DNA of 64,000 nt from Pseudomonadota bacterium (lineage in GTDB: Bacteria; Myxococcota_A; UBA796; SXON01). How positions within the stretch are numbered: the stretch's first letter is position 1; every line of letters starts with the position of its first letter. Where the stretch lies: positions 2,902 to 66,901 of the forward strand of contig JBDLRI010000025.1 of the NCBI GenBank assembly GCA_039800105.1, in the 5' to 3' direction. The notes below the pieces were generated by a model. It searched no databases. It had not been told where the DNA came from and saw nothing but the letters and a program-made list of their open reading frames with translations. Of this stretch, positions 1 to 8,685 are shown piece after piece. The position numbers were made by a program, and so were the translations under genes.

Positions 1-1210
1 CCGCGTGCATCCGGGGCAGTGGTACGCGCTGCCCCAGAGCCCGCAAATCTTCAAGCAGATCCTCATGGTCGCCGGCATGGACCGGTACTTCCAGATCGTG
101 AAGTGCTTCCGCGACGAGGACCTGCGCGCGGACCGCCAGCCGGAGTTCACGCAGATCGACGTGGAGGTCAGCTTCGCGACGCGCGAGGTGATCGTCGAGC
201 TCGGCACGCAGCTGGTGCAGACGATGTGGAAGGAGCTGGTCGGCGTCGACGTCGGCGAGATCCCGGTGATGTCCTACGCGGACGCCATCGCGCGCTACGG
301 CATCGACGCACCCGACATCCGCTTCGGCATGGAGCACGTCACGGTCACGACGACGCTCGCGGCCACGGAGTTCTCCGTGGTGCGCGGGCTGCTCGACGCG
401 GGCGGCATCGCCAAGGCCTTCGTGATCAAGGGCGGCGGCGAGGGCGTCTCCCGCAAGCAGCTCGACGCCTGGACGCAGTTCGTGAAGCGCTACGGCATGG
501 GCGGCCTGCTCTACGGCAAGGTCGGCGCGCCGTGGTCGGGCCCGCTCTCCAAGCTCGCGCAGACCGAGCTCGACGCCCTCGCGCAGGCCACCGGCGCCGA
601 GCCGGGCGACCTCGTGCTGCTGGGCGCCGGGCCGGCCGAGAACGTGAACCCCGGACTCGGGCGGCTTCGCAACGCCGTCGCGCGCGAGCTGGGGCTCATC
701 CCGCCCGGCTACCGCTTCACCTGGGTCGTGGACTTCCCGAGCTTCGAGCGCGATCCCGAGACGGGCCGCTGGATGGCCGTGCACCACCCGTTCACGAGCC
801 CGCGCCCCGAGCACCTCGGCTACCTCGCCGAGGGTCGCCAGGGAGAGATGCTCGCCAACGCCTACGACATCGTGTGCAACGGCTACGAGATCGGCGGCGG
901 CAGCATCCGCATCCACGACCCCGAGATCCAGGCGCAGGTGTTCTCGGCCATCGGCCTCTCGGACGAGGAGGCCAAGCAGAAGTTCGGCTTCCTCCTCGAC
1001 GCGCTCCGCCACGGCGCGCCTCCGCACGGCGGCATCGCGTTCGGCTTCGACCGCATCGTGATGCTGCTCGCCGGCACCGAGAACATCCGCGACGTCATCG
1101 CCTTCCCGAAGACCACGAGCGCCCAGGACCTCATGTCCGGCGCGCCCAGCCCGGTGGACGCGAAGCAGCTCGGCGAGCTGCACGTCGCGAACGTCGCCAA
1201 GCCGGAGTGA
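1..1210 (+). CDS. aspS: Aspartate--tRNA ligase, C-terminal ~400 aa (5' end lies outside the window)
   Basis: ORF 5..1210, with the frame open to the window edge. It carries class II AspRS catalytic-core signatures: QSPQIFKQILMVAGMDRYFQIVKCFRDEDLRADRQPEFTQIDVE, GGGSIRIH, PPHGGIAFGFDRIVMLL. Confidence 0.95.
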   Translation, partial: RVHPGQWYALPQSPQIFKQILMVAGMDRYFQIVKCFRDEDLRADRQPEFTQIDVEVSFATREVIVELGTQLVQTMWKELVGVDVGEIPVMSYADAIARYGIDAPDIRFGMEHVTVTTTLAATEFSVVRGLLDAGGIAKAFVIKGGGEGVSRKQLDAWTQFVKRYGMGGLLYGKVGAPWSGPLSKLAQTELDALAQATGAEPGDLVLLGAGPAENVNPGLGRLRNAVARELGLIPPGYRFTWVVDFPSFERDPETGRWMAVHHPFTSPRPEHLGYLAEGRQGEMLANAYDIVCNGYEIGGGSIRIHDPEIQAQVFSAIGLSDEEAKQKFGFLLDALRHGAPPHGGIAFGFDRIVMLLAGTENIRDVIAFPKTTSAQDLMSGAPSPVDAKQLGELHVANVAKPE

Positions 1211-2277
1211 CCGCCGCACTGGCACTGTGGTTCCTCGCCTGCGCGGGGTCTGCGGGGCCTGCTTCCGGGGCGGAGGGGGTCCCCCCCTCCGCAACGCCTC
1301 CCCCCGCGCCGGGGAAGCCGCCGACGGTGACGATGCAGGCCGACCTGCACCTGGACACCCCGACCCAGCTGCATCGTCGCAACGTCGGCCTCGACGCGAC
1401 GGGCCTGGAGGCCGGCCTCGCGCAGCTGCGGGCCGGCGGCACCAACCTCGCCGTCATGGCGCTCTGGCCCCCGCGGAGGACGGACGGGGAGGCCCATGTC
1501 GACGCGCTCCTCACGCGCATGGAGGCCGAGGACGCGCGCCTGGACGACGTCGTGCTCGTGCGTTCCCCCGACGAGGCGCGGTCCGCCGCCGCAGCCGGCC
1601 GCGTCGGCATCGTGTACGCGCTCGAGGGCACGCACGGCATCGACCGGAGCGGCATCCCCGGGCTGGAGAGGCTGCATGCGCGCGGGTTGGCGCTGCTCGG
1701 CCTGACCTGGACCTTCGACACACGCTTCGCCGGGTCGTCGGGCGGGAAGGGCACCGGCCTCACCGCCGACGGCCGCGCGCTGGTGGACGCGGCCAACCGG
1801 TTGGGCGTGCTCCTCGACGTGAGTCACGCCTCGCGCGCCACCACCCTCGAGGTGTGCGCGCGCTCCCGCGCGCCGGTGGTCGCCTCGCACTCCGACGCCC
1901 ATGTCCTCACGGCGCACCCCCGCAACCTCGAGGACGACGAGATCCGCGCCATCGCCGCCACCGGCGGGGTGATCGGCCTGAACCTCCATCGCCCGTTCCT
2001 CGGCGGGACCGGCGACCTCGCACGGGCCGCGGAACACGCCACGCACCTCAAGCGCGTCGGTGGCGCCGGCGTGGTCGCGCTCGGAACCGATTTCGACGGG
2101 CTCATCGTGCCGCCGCGTGACCTCCCGGACTCCGGCGGCATCGCCGCGCTGTGGCCGTTGCTCACGGCGCGCGGCTGGTCCGCCGCCGAAATCGAAGGGG
2201 TGCGCGGCGCGAACTTCCTCCGTGCATGGCAGGCCGCGCTGGCGACCGCCGGCACCCGCGCGTCCGGCACCCCGTAG
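1207..2277 (+). CDS. Membrane dipeptidase (peptidase M19 family)
   Basis: Distal part of ORF 19..2277. M19 pattern: DLHLDTP, ALEGTHGI, LGLTWTFDTRF, LLDVSHAS, VVASHSDA, VIGLNLH, ALGTDFDG. GTG 1207 overlaps the aspS stop (GTGA) and gives a hydrophobic N-terminus (ALALWFLAC). The alternative ATG 1333 would leave repeat copy 1265-1305 intergenic. Confidence 0.85.
   Translation: MTAALALWFLACAGSAGPASGAEGVPPSATPPPAPGKPPTVTMQADLHLDTPTQLHRRNVGLDATGLEAGLAQLRAGGTNLAVMALWPPRRTDGEAHVDALLTRMEAEDARLDDVVLVRSPDEARSAAAAGRVGIVYALEGTHGIDRSGIPGLERLHARGLALLGLTWTFDTRFAGSSGGKGTGLTADGRALVDAANRLGVLLDVSHASRATTLEVCARSRAPVVASHSDAHVLTAHPRNLEDDEIRAIAATGGVIGLNLHRPFLGGTGDLARAAEHATHLKRVGGAGVVALGTDFDGLIVPPRDLPDSGGIAALWPLLTARGWSAAEIEGVRGANFLRAWQAALATAGTRASGTP
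1265..1305 (-). repeat. GC-hairpin repeat copy (orientation B on the + strand)
   Basis: ccggggcggagggggtccccccctccgcaacgcctcccccc. Matches the family consensus. Lies after the aspS stop, in the 5' region of the dipeptidase ORF. Confidence 0.85.
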
Positions 2278-2284
2278 CCGCCCC

Positions 2285-3682
2285 CTACCAGGCGATCGTC
2301 GCGCGCCCCAGGCTCAGTTCCAGCCCGCGCAGGGCGTGTGCGCTGTCCCCGACGAGGTCCTGCCACAGCTGGCGGTCGCGGGTGCGGAGCGACGGGAGCG
2401 CGCGGTAGACGCCGTCGCGCTTGAGCCGCGCCACCGTCCCGGCCAGCTCGCGCGCCGCGAAGGTCACGTCCTCGAGCTGTACCGCGTCGGGAACGTACAG
2501 TCCGGTCGCCTGCATGCGGCCTGCCGTCTCCAGCCAGTGCCCGAGGAACTTGAGACGCTGCGCGAGCAGGCGCGTGCGCGCATCGGGCGCGCTCGCCAGC
2601 GTCGCGTCGATCTGTGCCAGCTCCTGCCGGAGCCGGTAGTGGTGCAGGGGCACCTGCGCCACCACCGCCGCGCGGTCCGCCGGCGTGCCGAACCCCCGTG
2701 CGATCGCGTAGGCCGCGCCTTGCAGCATGTGCGCGCCGCCGCAGGTGTAGCGGAACAGCGGCTGCCCGCTGCGCGAATACCCACTCCGGGTGCGCATCGC
2801 GTCCGCGAGGAACCCGGTCTCCTTGCGGAGCACCGCCACGACGAACCGCGCCACGCCGTCGAGATCCATCGGCGTTCCGTCGCGCGCGACCCACTGGAGG
2901 GCGGGTGTGGCCGCGGCCCTCCGCGTCGCAGCCGGCGCGTTGGACGCGTCGGCGGCTCCGGGCATCGGCGCCCACTGGGCCAGCGCCTGAAGGCTCCACG
3001 GCACGTCGTCCGGGCTGACGAAGCTCGCGTGGTTGCGTTGCGGTTCCAGCCAGGTGCGGAGCACGGTGTCGCGGTAGAGCGTCGCGAGCGTGACCTCACC
3101 GCGTCGCGTGCGCACGCGCAGGTCCGGCGCGAAGCCGGCCTCCCCGATGTTCTTCAGGAGCAGGTCGGTGTGCGGCTCGACGGGCACACCGTCGCGCTTC
3201 GCCGGGAACCGCAGCAGGACGCGACGCGCGCCGCGGAGCTCCGTCTCCTCGCGCTCCAGCCAGCCGTCGAACAGGTGCGTCAGGGGGTCGCTGCCGTCGG
3301 CCAGCCGAAGGGCCGCTCCGCGCGCCAACAGCGCGTGCGCGATGGCCCAGGGGTTTCCAGGCGCCGCCGCGTGGCGGTCCACCACCTCGCCGAGCGTCAG
3401 GATCGCAGCGTCCAACGTCGGTCCGGCGGGAATCGGGCGGGCCACGGCCGACCGCCGCAACGGCACCACGGGCACAAGGGTGTCGATGGTGCGCGCATCG
3501 TAGACCGGGGGCAGCGCCTGCGCGGGCGTGGCCGCGTCGGGGCCCGGCGTCGCACCGACGGGGGCCGGGGGCGCGGGCTCCGGCACAGGGTCGGGCGTCC
3601 CGCAGCCGGCGAGCCACGCGACCCCGATCGCCCGTGCGGCGCGCGCCGCACCGGCGACAAACGCACGCACCCGCGGGCTCAC
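2285..3682 (-). CDS. Hypothetical lipoprotein
   Basis: Distal 466 codons of ORF 2285..4522. GTG 3682 overlaps the stop of the upstream gene (GTGA). The N-terminus ...AARAIGVAWLAGC is lipobox-like. GC3-rich codon pattern; no family recognised by eye. Confidence 0.65.
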   Translation of the reverse strand: MSPRVRAFVAGAARAARAIGVAWLAGCGTPDPVPEPAPPAPVGATPGPDAATPAQALPPVYDARTIDTLVPVVPLRRSAVARPIPAGPTLDAAILTLGEVVDRHAAAPGNPWAIAHALLARGAALRLADGSDPLTHLFDGWLEREETELRGARRVLLRFPAKRDGVPVEPHTDLLLKNIGEAGFAPDLRVRTRRGEVTLATLYRDTVLRTWLEPQRNHASFVSPDDVPWSLQALAQWAPMPGAADASNAPAATRRAAATPALQWVARDGTPMDLDGVARFVVAVLRKETGFLADAMRTRSGYSRSGQPLFRYTCGGAHMLQGAAYAIARGFGTPADRAAVVAQVPLHHYRLRQELAQIDATLASAPDARTRLLAQRLKFLGHWLETAGRMQATGLYVPDAVQLEDVTFAARELAGTVARLKRDGVYRALPSLRTRDRQLWQDLVGDSAHALRGLELSLGRATIAW

Positions 3683-5472
3683 TTGGCGGCGCCGCCCTTG
3701 GCAGCCGCCTCCTGGGCGGCCTGGACCTCGGCGGCGTGCTTCTGCAGGGCATCCACGCGCACGATGCGGTCGCGGTCGGTGAACCACACCACGCCGCCGG
3801 CGACCGCCACGCGCGGATGCACGAGCTCGACCTCGCTGACCCGCAGCTTCCAGTCGACCTTGCCCGGCTTCTTGAAGCAATGGAGCCAGCCGCCGTCGGT
3901 GAGGACCCACATGCGGCCCTCCTCGTCGAAGGTGACGTCCGCGCTCTCGAAGCCCGCGCCCAGCACGTCGGTGCCGAACTCCACGCCGTACCGGAACCCG
4001 TCGGCGCTCCAGGTCAGCATCGCTTGGCCGTGGAACGTCCAGATGCGGCCATCCGGCGCGACGTCGAGCGCGCCCGGCGCGCCGTCGGCGAGCTTCCACG
4101 GCTCTCCGAGCCGCTCGCCCTGCATGTCGTAGCGGGCCGCCCGGCTGCCCAGCACGACAACCAGCTCCTTCTTCTTCGGCAGCCACGCCAGGTAGCCCTG
4201 TCCGCCCACGCCCGGCTCCGGCGAGTCGCCCACGTCCGCGGTCCACCCGCGCAGCAGCGCGCCGTCGGGGCCGAAGAGCTGCACGCGCCCGACCCCGTCG
4301 AGCACCGCGAAGGAATCGCCGTCCTTGGCGGGCATCAGCTCCACGTCGAGGACGTTCACGAAGCTGCCCGTCGCCTCCGCCCCGACCGAACCGGCGGCGT
4401 ACCAGGGCCGACGTCCGGCGAACCACGCCTCCGTGACGTCCCGCGGGCCGCCCCACTGCGCCTGTACCACGCCATCGTCGCCGAAGCGCTGCACCCGGTT
4501 GTTCGCCAGGTCGCCCACCCACACCCGTCCGGCGCGGTCCCGCTCGATGGCGAGCGGCTCACCGAAGCTCCGCAAGGCGCCGGGCTCCCAGCCGCTCTCG
4601 CCCCAGGGAAGCACGTTCTTGCGCCCGCCACCCTGGAGCTCCGCCCAGGCGTAGAAGTACTCCACGTCGCTCCAGGCCGCGGCCTGCTCGCGCCCGAGCG
4701 CGCGCAGCGCCGCCTGTTCCAGGCCGGGGATGCCGTTGGCGTCCTTGAGCTTGCGCAGGGCCTCGTGCGCCTTCGGGTCCGCCACGATGGCCGCCGCGCG
4801 GAAGCCTTCGGGCACCAGCCCCGCCACACGGCGACGGAGGTACGGCGCGCCCTCGCCCGCGGCGTCGACGAGGAACGCCAGGGACTTCGCGTCCTCCGGC
4901 TGCTTGGTGTGCGTGTCGAACGCCTTGATGACGTCCGCCTCGTGACGTGCCTGAAGCTGCTGCGCCTCGCGGGAGGACCGCCACGCGTCCAGACGGGCCA
5001 CGGACCGGGCACGCTCCCCCTCGTCGAAGTTGACGGCCACCTCGGAGAGATAGGTGTCCCCGTACACGCCGCCCTCGAAACTCTCGACCAGCTCGATGCG
5101 CACGGTGCGGCCGGTCACGCCGACGTCGAGGTCCGCGCGGCGCATCGTGTCCTGCAGCCGCACCGGCTCGCCCACCGGCTTGCCGTCGACGAGGATCCGC
5201 ACCGTCTTCGGCCGCCCGTACTCGCGGAACGAGCGCGCGCCGTCCTTGAGGTTCCCCGGCCAGAGGCTCAGCGTCGTGATCGTCGTGGGGGAAGCAAGGT
5301 CGAACTCCCACCAGGCCCCGTCCCCCGTGCCGGGGGCGCCTTCCGCCCAGCCGGTGGACAGCAACCCGTCGAGGGCCAGCTCGGCGCCGTGGCGGCCGGC
5401 CTCGTCGGTGGCGACCGAGGACGCCGCGGATCGCGCGAACGCGAGGGTGGAGAGGACGATCAGGCCGAGCAT
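3679..5472 (-). CDS. Secreted protein with a discoidin/NADase-type glycan-binding-like domain and an NHL-repeat beta-propeller
   Basis: ORF 3679..5517. ATG 5472 is preceded by GGAGG and gives the signal peptide MLGLIVLSTLAFA. The N-terminal segment LDGLLSTGWAEG...WWEFDL...REYGRPKTVRILVDG...YLSEVAV resembles discoidin/NADase-type glycan-binding domains. An NHL-like repeat is present (VWVGDLANNRVQRFGDDG). Confidence 0.75.
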   Translation of the reverse strand: MLGLIVLSTLAFARSAASSVATDEAGRHGAELALDGLLSTGWAEGAPGTGDGAWWEFDLASPTTITTLSLWPGNLKDGARSFREYGRPKTVRILVDGKPVGEPVRLQDTMRRADLDVGVTGRTVRIELVESFEGGVYGDTYLSEVAVNFDEGERARSVARLDAWRSSREAQQLQARHEADVIKAFDTHTKQPEDAKSLAFLVDAAGEGAPYLRRRVAGLVPEGFRAAAIVADPKAHEALRKLKDANGIPGLEQAALRALGREQAAAWSDVEYFYAWAELQGGGRKNVLPWGESGWEPGALRSFGEPLAIERDRAGRVWVGDLANNRVQRFGDDGVVQAQWGGPRDVTEAWFAGRRPWYAAGSVGAEATGSFVNVLDVELMPAKDGDSFAVLDGVGRVQLFGPDGALLRGWTADVGDSPEPGVGGQGYLAWLPKKKELVVVLGSRAARYDMQGERLGEPWKLADGAPGALDVAPDGRIWTFHGQAMLTWSADGFRYGVEFGTDVLGAGFESADVTFDEEGRMWVLTDGGWLHCFKKPGKVDWKLRVSEVELVHPRVAVAGGVVWFTDRDRIVRVDALQKHAAEVQAAQEAAAKGGAAK

Positions 5473-5527
5473 GGCACCTCCGCGCCGGCGACCTATGCCA
5501 CCCTGCGCCGTCTGCAACCATCCAGCT

Positions 5528-5562
5528 CCTGGGGCGGGGGCTGCCGCCCCCGCAACGCCCCC
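5528..5562 (-). repeat. GC-hairpin repeat copy
   Basis: cctggggcgggggctgccgcccccgcaacgccccc. Intergenic between the AAA/TPR gene and the discoidin/NHL gene. Confidence 0.85.
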
Positions 5563-5572
5563 GCCGGCGTGC

Positions 5573-8104
5573 TCAGGCGCCGATGTCGTCCAGCCGCTTG
5601 CGCAGCTGCTTGCGCTCCTCGCGAAGGTTCGCCGCGTCCGCAGCCTTCAGTCCTTCCTCCAACCAGCGGCGCGCGGCGTCCTTGTCGCCCCGACCGACGT
5701 CGATCTGCGCCAGGTGGTCGGCCGACGCCACGACCTTCCGGAAGTCCTTCGTCCGCTGCGCCAGGCCGAGGGCGTCCCGGAGCGCCGTCGCGGCCACGTT
5801 GACCTCGCCGATGCGCAGGTTCGCGAGCCCATGGTGGAAGTGCAGCTCACGGAGGAAATTCGGGTCCTCGGCGTTCGCGCGTTCGCGCGACTTCACGAAG
5901 AGGCTCGCGGCCTCCGTGGCTCGCCCGAGCATCAGGTTGAAGTAGCCGGCGTTGAAGATGTCGACGGCCAGGAGACGATCGAAGCGCAGCTGCTGCGTGA
6001 GCTGCAGCGTGCGATTCGCCATCTGGAGCGCGGCCTCGTAGTTGCGGAGCGCGCCATGGGCCTGCGCCAGCAGCGCGACGGCGGCACGCTCCCGGGCCGG
6101 GTTCTGGAGCGCCTGCGCGATCTGCGCCACCCGCCCGAGCACGTCGGCCGCCTTGGACATCTGCTGGCCCATCACCAGCGTCTCGCCGTAGTGGAAGCCC
6201 GCTTCGAGGGCGAGGGGCGCCAGCCCGACCTGGCCCGCGATCTCGTTGGAGCGCTTGAAGTGCTCGGCCGCCTCCGGAAGCTTCTTCGCGCGACGCGCGA
6301 GCAGGCCGCGGACGTACTCCACGTTGGCCTCGATCGCCGGCGTGGCCGAGGCCTCGAGCGCCATGCGAAGCTGGTCGGTCGCGGCGTTCGCGTTTCCTTC
6401 CTGGTACTCGATCATCGCGAGGTGGTTGTGCACCTCGGCGACCTTGGCGGGCTCGCCCAGCCCCTGGAACGCCGCCAGCGCCTCCTTCGCGCGGTCACGC
6501 GCACGGTAGAGGTCCGACCGGCGGAAATCCAGGCGGCTGCCGGCGAACGCCACCCATGCCGCGAGCGGCGCGTCCTGCTGGGACTCGCCGAAGCTGCGCA
6601 CCTCCGCGAGCAGGCGCTCGGCCTGCTCCACGTCTCCGCCGGCGACCATGCGCTCCCCGAGGTGCACGAGCGTCGTGCGGATCATCGGCGCGGGCCAGCC
6701 GATGTCCTGGAAGTACGCCAGCACGTCCCGAGTCATGGCCCACACGTCCGGGCGCTCGGAGCCCATCGCCTGCGAGCGGAGCACCGCCGCGCGCTGCGTG
6801 GCGCCGTGCTCGGCGTAGAGCCGCACCGTCTTGACGGCGAACTCGTAGCCGCGCGGCATCAGGAACCGCTCGAGGAAGGTGCCGACCCGGCGCGCCAGCT
6901 CCGCGTCGGCGTCCGTGCCGTGGGCCGCGAGGATCGCGTGACGGTACAGGCCGCGCTTGAACTGGTACAGCCACGTGCCGAAGGGCTGGCTGAACTGCAG
7001 CTCCTTGACCAGCTCCCCGCACGCGTCGAAGAGGTCGTCGACGCTGTCGCGGTCCAGCCCGTCCATGTCGGCGAGCAAACCCGACGGGAACACGTGGCCG
7101 AGCAGCGCGGCCAGGTACTGCACGCGCGGCACGTCCGCGCGCCCCACCACGCGACGCTCGCCCTCGCCCGCGGCGGGCGGCTCCGCGGCGACCTCGCCCT
7201 CGTCGGGCGTGGTCGGCACGAGCGACAGGAGCGTCGTCTCGGCCAGGTGGTCCCCGAGGCGGCCCGCCTCGTCCAGCAGGTCCACCAGCTCCGCCACGAA
7301 CCCGGGGCGACCGAGCGCGAGCTCCGCCACGCGCGCCGGCGCGGCGAGGCGCACGCCGCGGCTCTCCGCGTACGCGGCGACCTCCTCGGCCCCCCACGGC
7401 GCCAGCACCATCGTCTGGAACAGGTCCTTGCGGCGCTCGCGCAGGTCCAACCACGGGACGGGCATCCATGCCCGCGCGGGACCGTCGACCGGCTCGGTCG
7501 AGAAGACGGCGAGCAGCCTTGCCGCAGCGGAGCTGTGGAGGAGTCCCTCGAACATCGCCATCACGCCGATGCTGTGGGTGTTGTGCACGTTCTGCACGTC
7601 GAGCACCACGGGCACGTGCGACGCGATCGCGCCGACGATCGCCGCGAACCCGAGGATCGGGTTGTCCCGCGGCAGGGACACCTGGAAGCTCTGCTCGCCC
7701 TCGACGGGGACGGCCTTCTTGGTGCCCTCGACGAAGGCCTGCAGCCAGCCCTGCACGCGCTTGTCGACCTTGGGAAGCGACTGGTTCAGCGCGAGCTCGA
7801 CGCGGCCGCGCAGCCCGGCGTCCCGCTGCAGGGCGCCGTAGAGCGACGCGTAGAGCCGCAGCGTCGTGCGCAGGCCGTCCTCCTCGTCGGAGAGCGCGGC
7901 GCGGATGACGACGACGTCGGAGAGATCGGTGGACCGGAGGAACTCTCCGACGAGGGCGCGCTTGCCGCCGCCGAGCGGGGCCTCGAGCACCACGGCGCGT
8001 GCCGTGCCGGAGCGGGCGGCCTCGAAGTGGCCCCGGAGGGCCTCCACATCGGCGGGACGACAGACGAACAGCGGGGCGGACTCGGCCACGGGGCACTCCG
8101 GCAT
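5573..8104 (-). CDS. AAA_16/STAND-like NTPase-domain protein with a long C-terminal TPR array
   Basis: ORF 5573..8104, ATG start. P-loop-like VVLEAPLGGGKRALVGEFL, where Arg replaces the usual Ser/Thr after GK. The C-terminal half consists of repeated TPR-like helices (YQEGNANAATDQLRMALE, FNAGYFNLMLGRATEAASLF, etc.). Confidence 0.8.
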   Translation of the reverse strand: MPECPVAESAPLFVCRPADVEALRGHFEAARSGTARAVVLEAPLGGGKRALVGEFLRSTDLSDVVVIRAALSDEEDGLRTTLRLYASLYGALQRDAGLRGRVELALNQSLPKVDKRVQGWLQAFVEGTKKAVPVEGEQSFQVSLPRDNPILGFAAIVGAIASHVPVVLDVQNVHNTHSIGVMAMFEGLLHSSAAARLLAVFSTEPVDGPARAWMPVPWLDLRERRKDLFQTMVLAPWGAEEVAAYAESRGVRLAAPARVAELALGRPGFVAELVDLLDEAGRLGDHLAETTLLSLVPTTPDEGEVAAEPPAAGEGERRVVGRADVPRVQYLAALLGHVFPSGLLADMDGLDRDSVDDLFDACGELVKELQFSQPFGTWLYQFKRGLYRHAILAAHGTDADAELARRVGTFLERFLMPRGYEFAVKTVRLYAEHGATQRAAVLRSQAMGSERPDVWAMTRDVLAYFQDIGWPAPMIRTTLVHLGERMVAGGDVEQAERLLAEVRSFGESQQDAPLAAWVAFAGSRLDFRRSDLYRARDRAKEALAAFQGLGEPAKVAEVHNHLAMIEYQEGNANAATDQLRMALEASATPAIEANVEYVRGLLARRAKKLPEAAEHFKRSNEIAGQVGLAPLALEAGFHYGETLVMGQQMSKAADVLGRVAQIAQALQNPARERAAVALLAQAHGALRNYEAALQMANRTLQLTQQLRFDRLLAVDIFNAGYFNLMLGRATEAASLFVKSRERANAEDPNFLRELHFHHGLANLRIGEVNVAATALRDALGLAQRTKDFRKVVASADHLAQIDVGRGDKDAARRWLEEGLKAADAANLREERKQLRKRLDDIGA

Positions 8105-8193
8105 TGGGGTTCATGCGCCGGAGGGCCCGGCGGGCGCCGCATTGTAGGTCCCGACCTCCGGCGCGTCAACCGTCCGGCGTGCCGGCGCGCCGC

Positions 8194-8685
8194 GTGCGCA
8201 GTTATGACCCCGTCGACCCCGGAGCGCCCGTGCCGTTGTTCCTCCTCCTCGCGTGCGCCGAGGCGCCGAGCCTCCCCGAGGGGGCCGACCGCTACGACGT
8301 CACCGTCACGGCCACGGACGACACCTGCCACGACACCATGGAGCCGTACGAGGAGCGCGTGGACTACGCGATCTTCCTGCGTGGCCGCTCCGCCGACCTC
8401 TACGTGGGCGAACAGCTCTTCGCGACCGGTGCCATCGACGGCTGCGACCTGAGCTACCAGACCGCGGTCTACAACAACGACACGCAGTCCGACGGGAACG
8501 TCAAGTGGCGCCTCTTCGGCACCGCCACCCTCGATCGCGGCGACGACAGCTGCGTCGACGGGGAAGCGGACTGGGAGGGGGAGGAGGTGTTCGAGGTCGT
8601 CGACGCCCCCTCCGACACGATCGAGCCCGGCTGCACGTACACGCTCACGACCACCGGCGTCGTGGTGCGCGGGACGTCCGGGTGA
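8194..8685 (+). CDS. Small Cys-containing lipoprotein, unknown function
   Basis: Distal part of ORF 7999..8685. Lipobox LLLAC follows candidate GTG starts at 8179, 8194 or 8230; the start is uncertain. The stop overlaps the GTG of the next gene. Confidence 0.6.
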   Translation: MRSYDPVDPGAPVPLFLLLACAEAPSLPEGADRYDVTVTATDDTCHDTMEPYEERVDYAIFLRGRSADLYVGEQLFATGAIDGCDLSYQTAVYNNDTQSDGNVKWRLFGTATLDRGDDSCVDGEADWEGEEVFEVVDAPSDTIEPGCTYTLTTTGVVVRGTSG

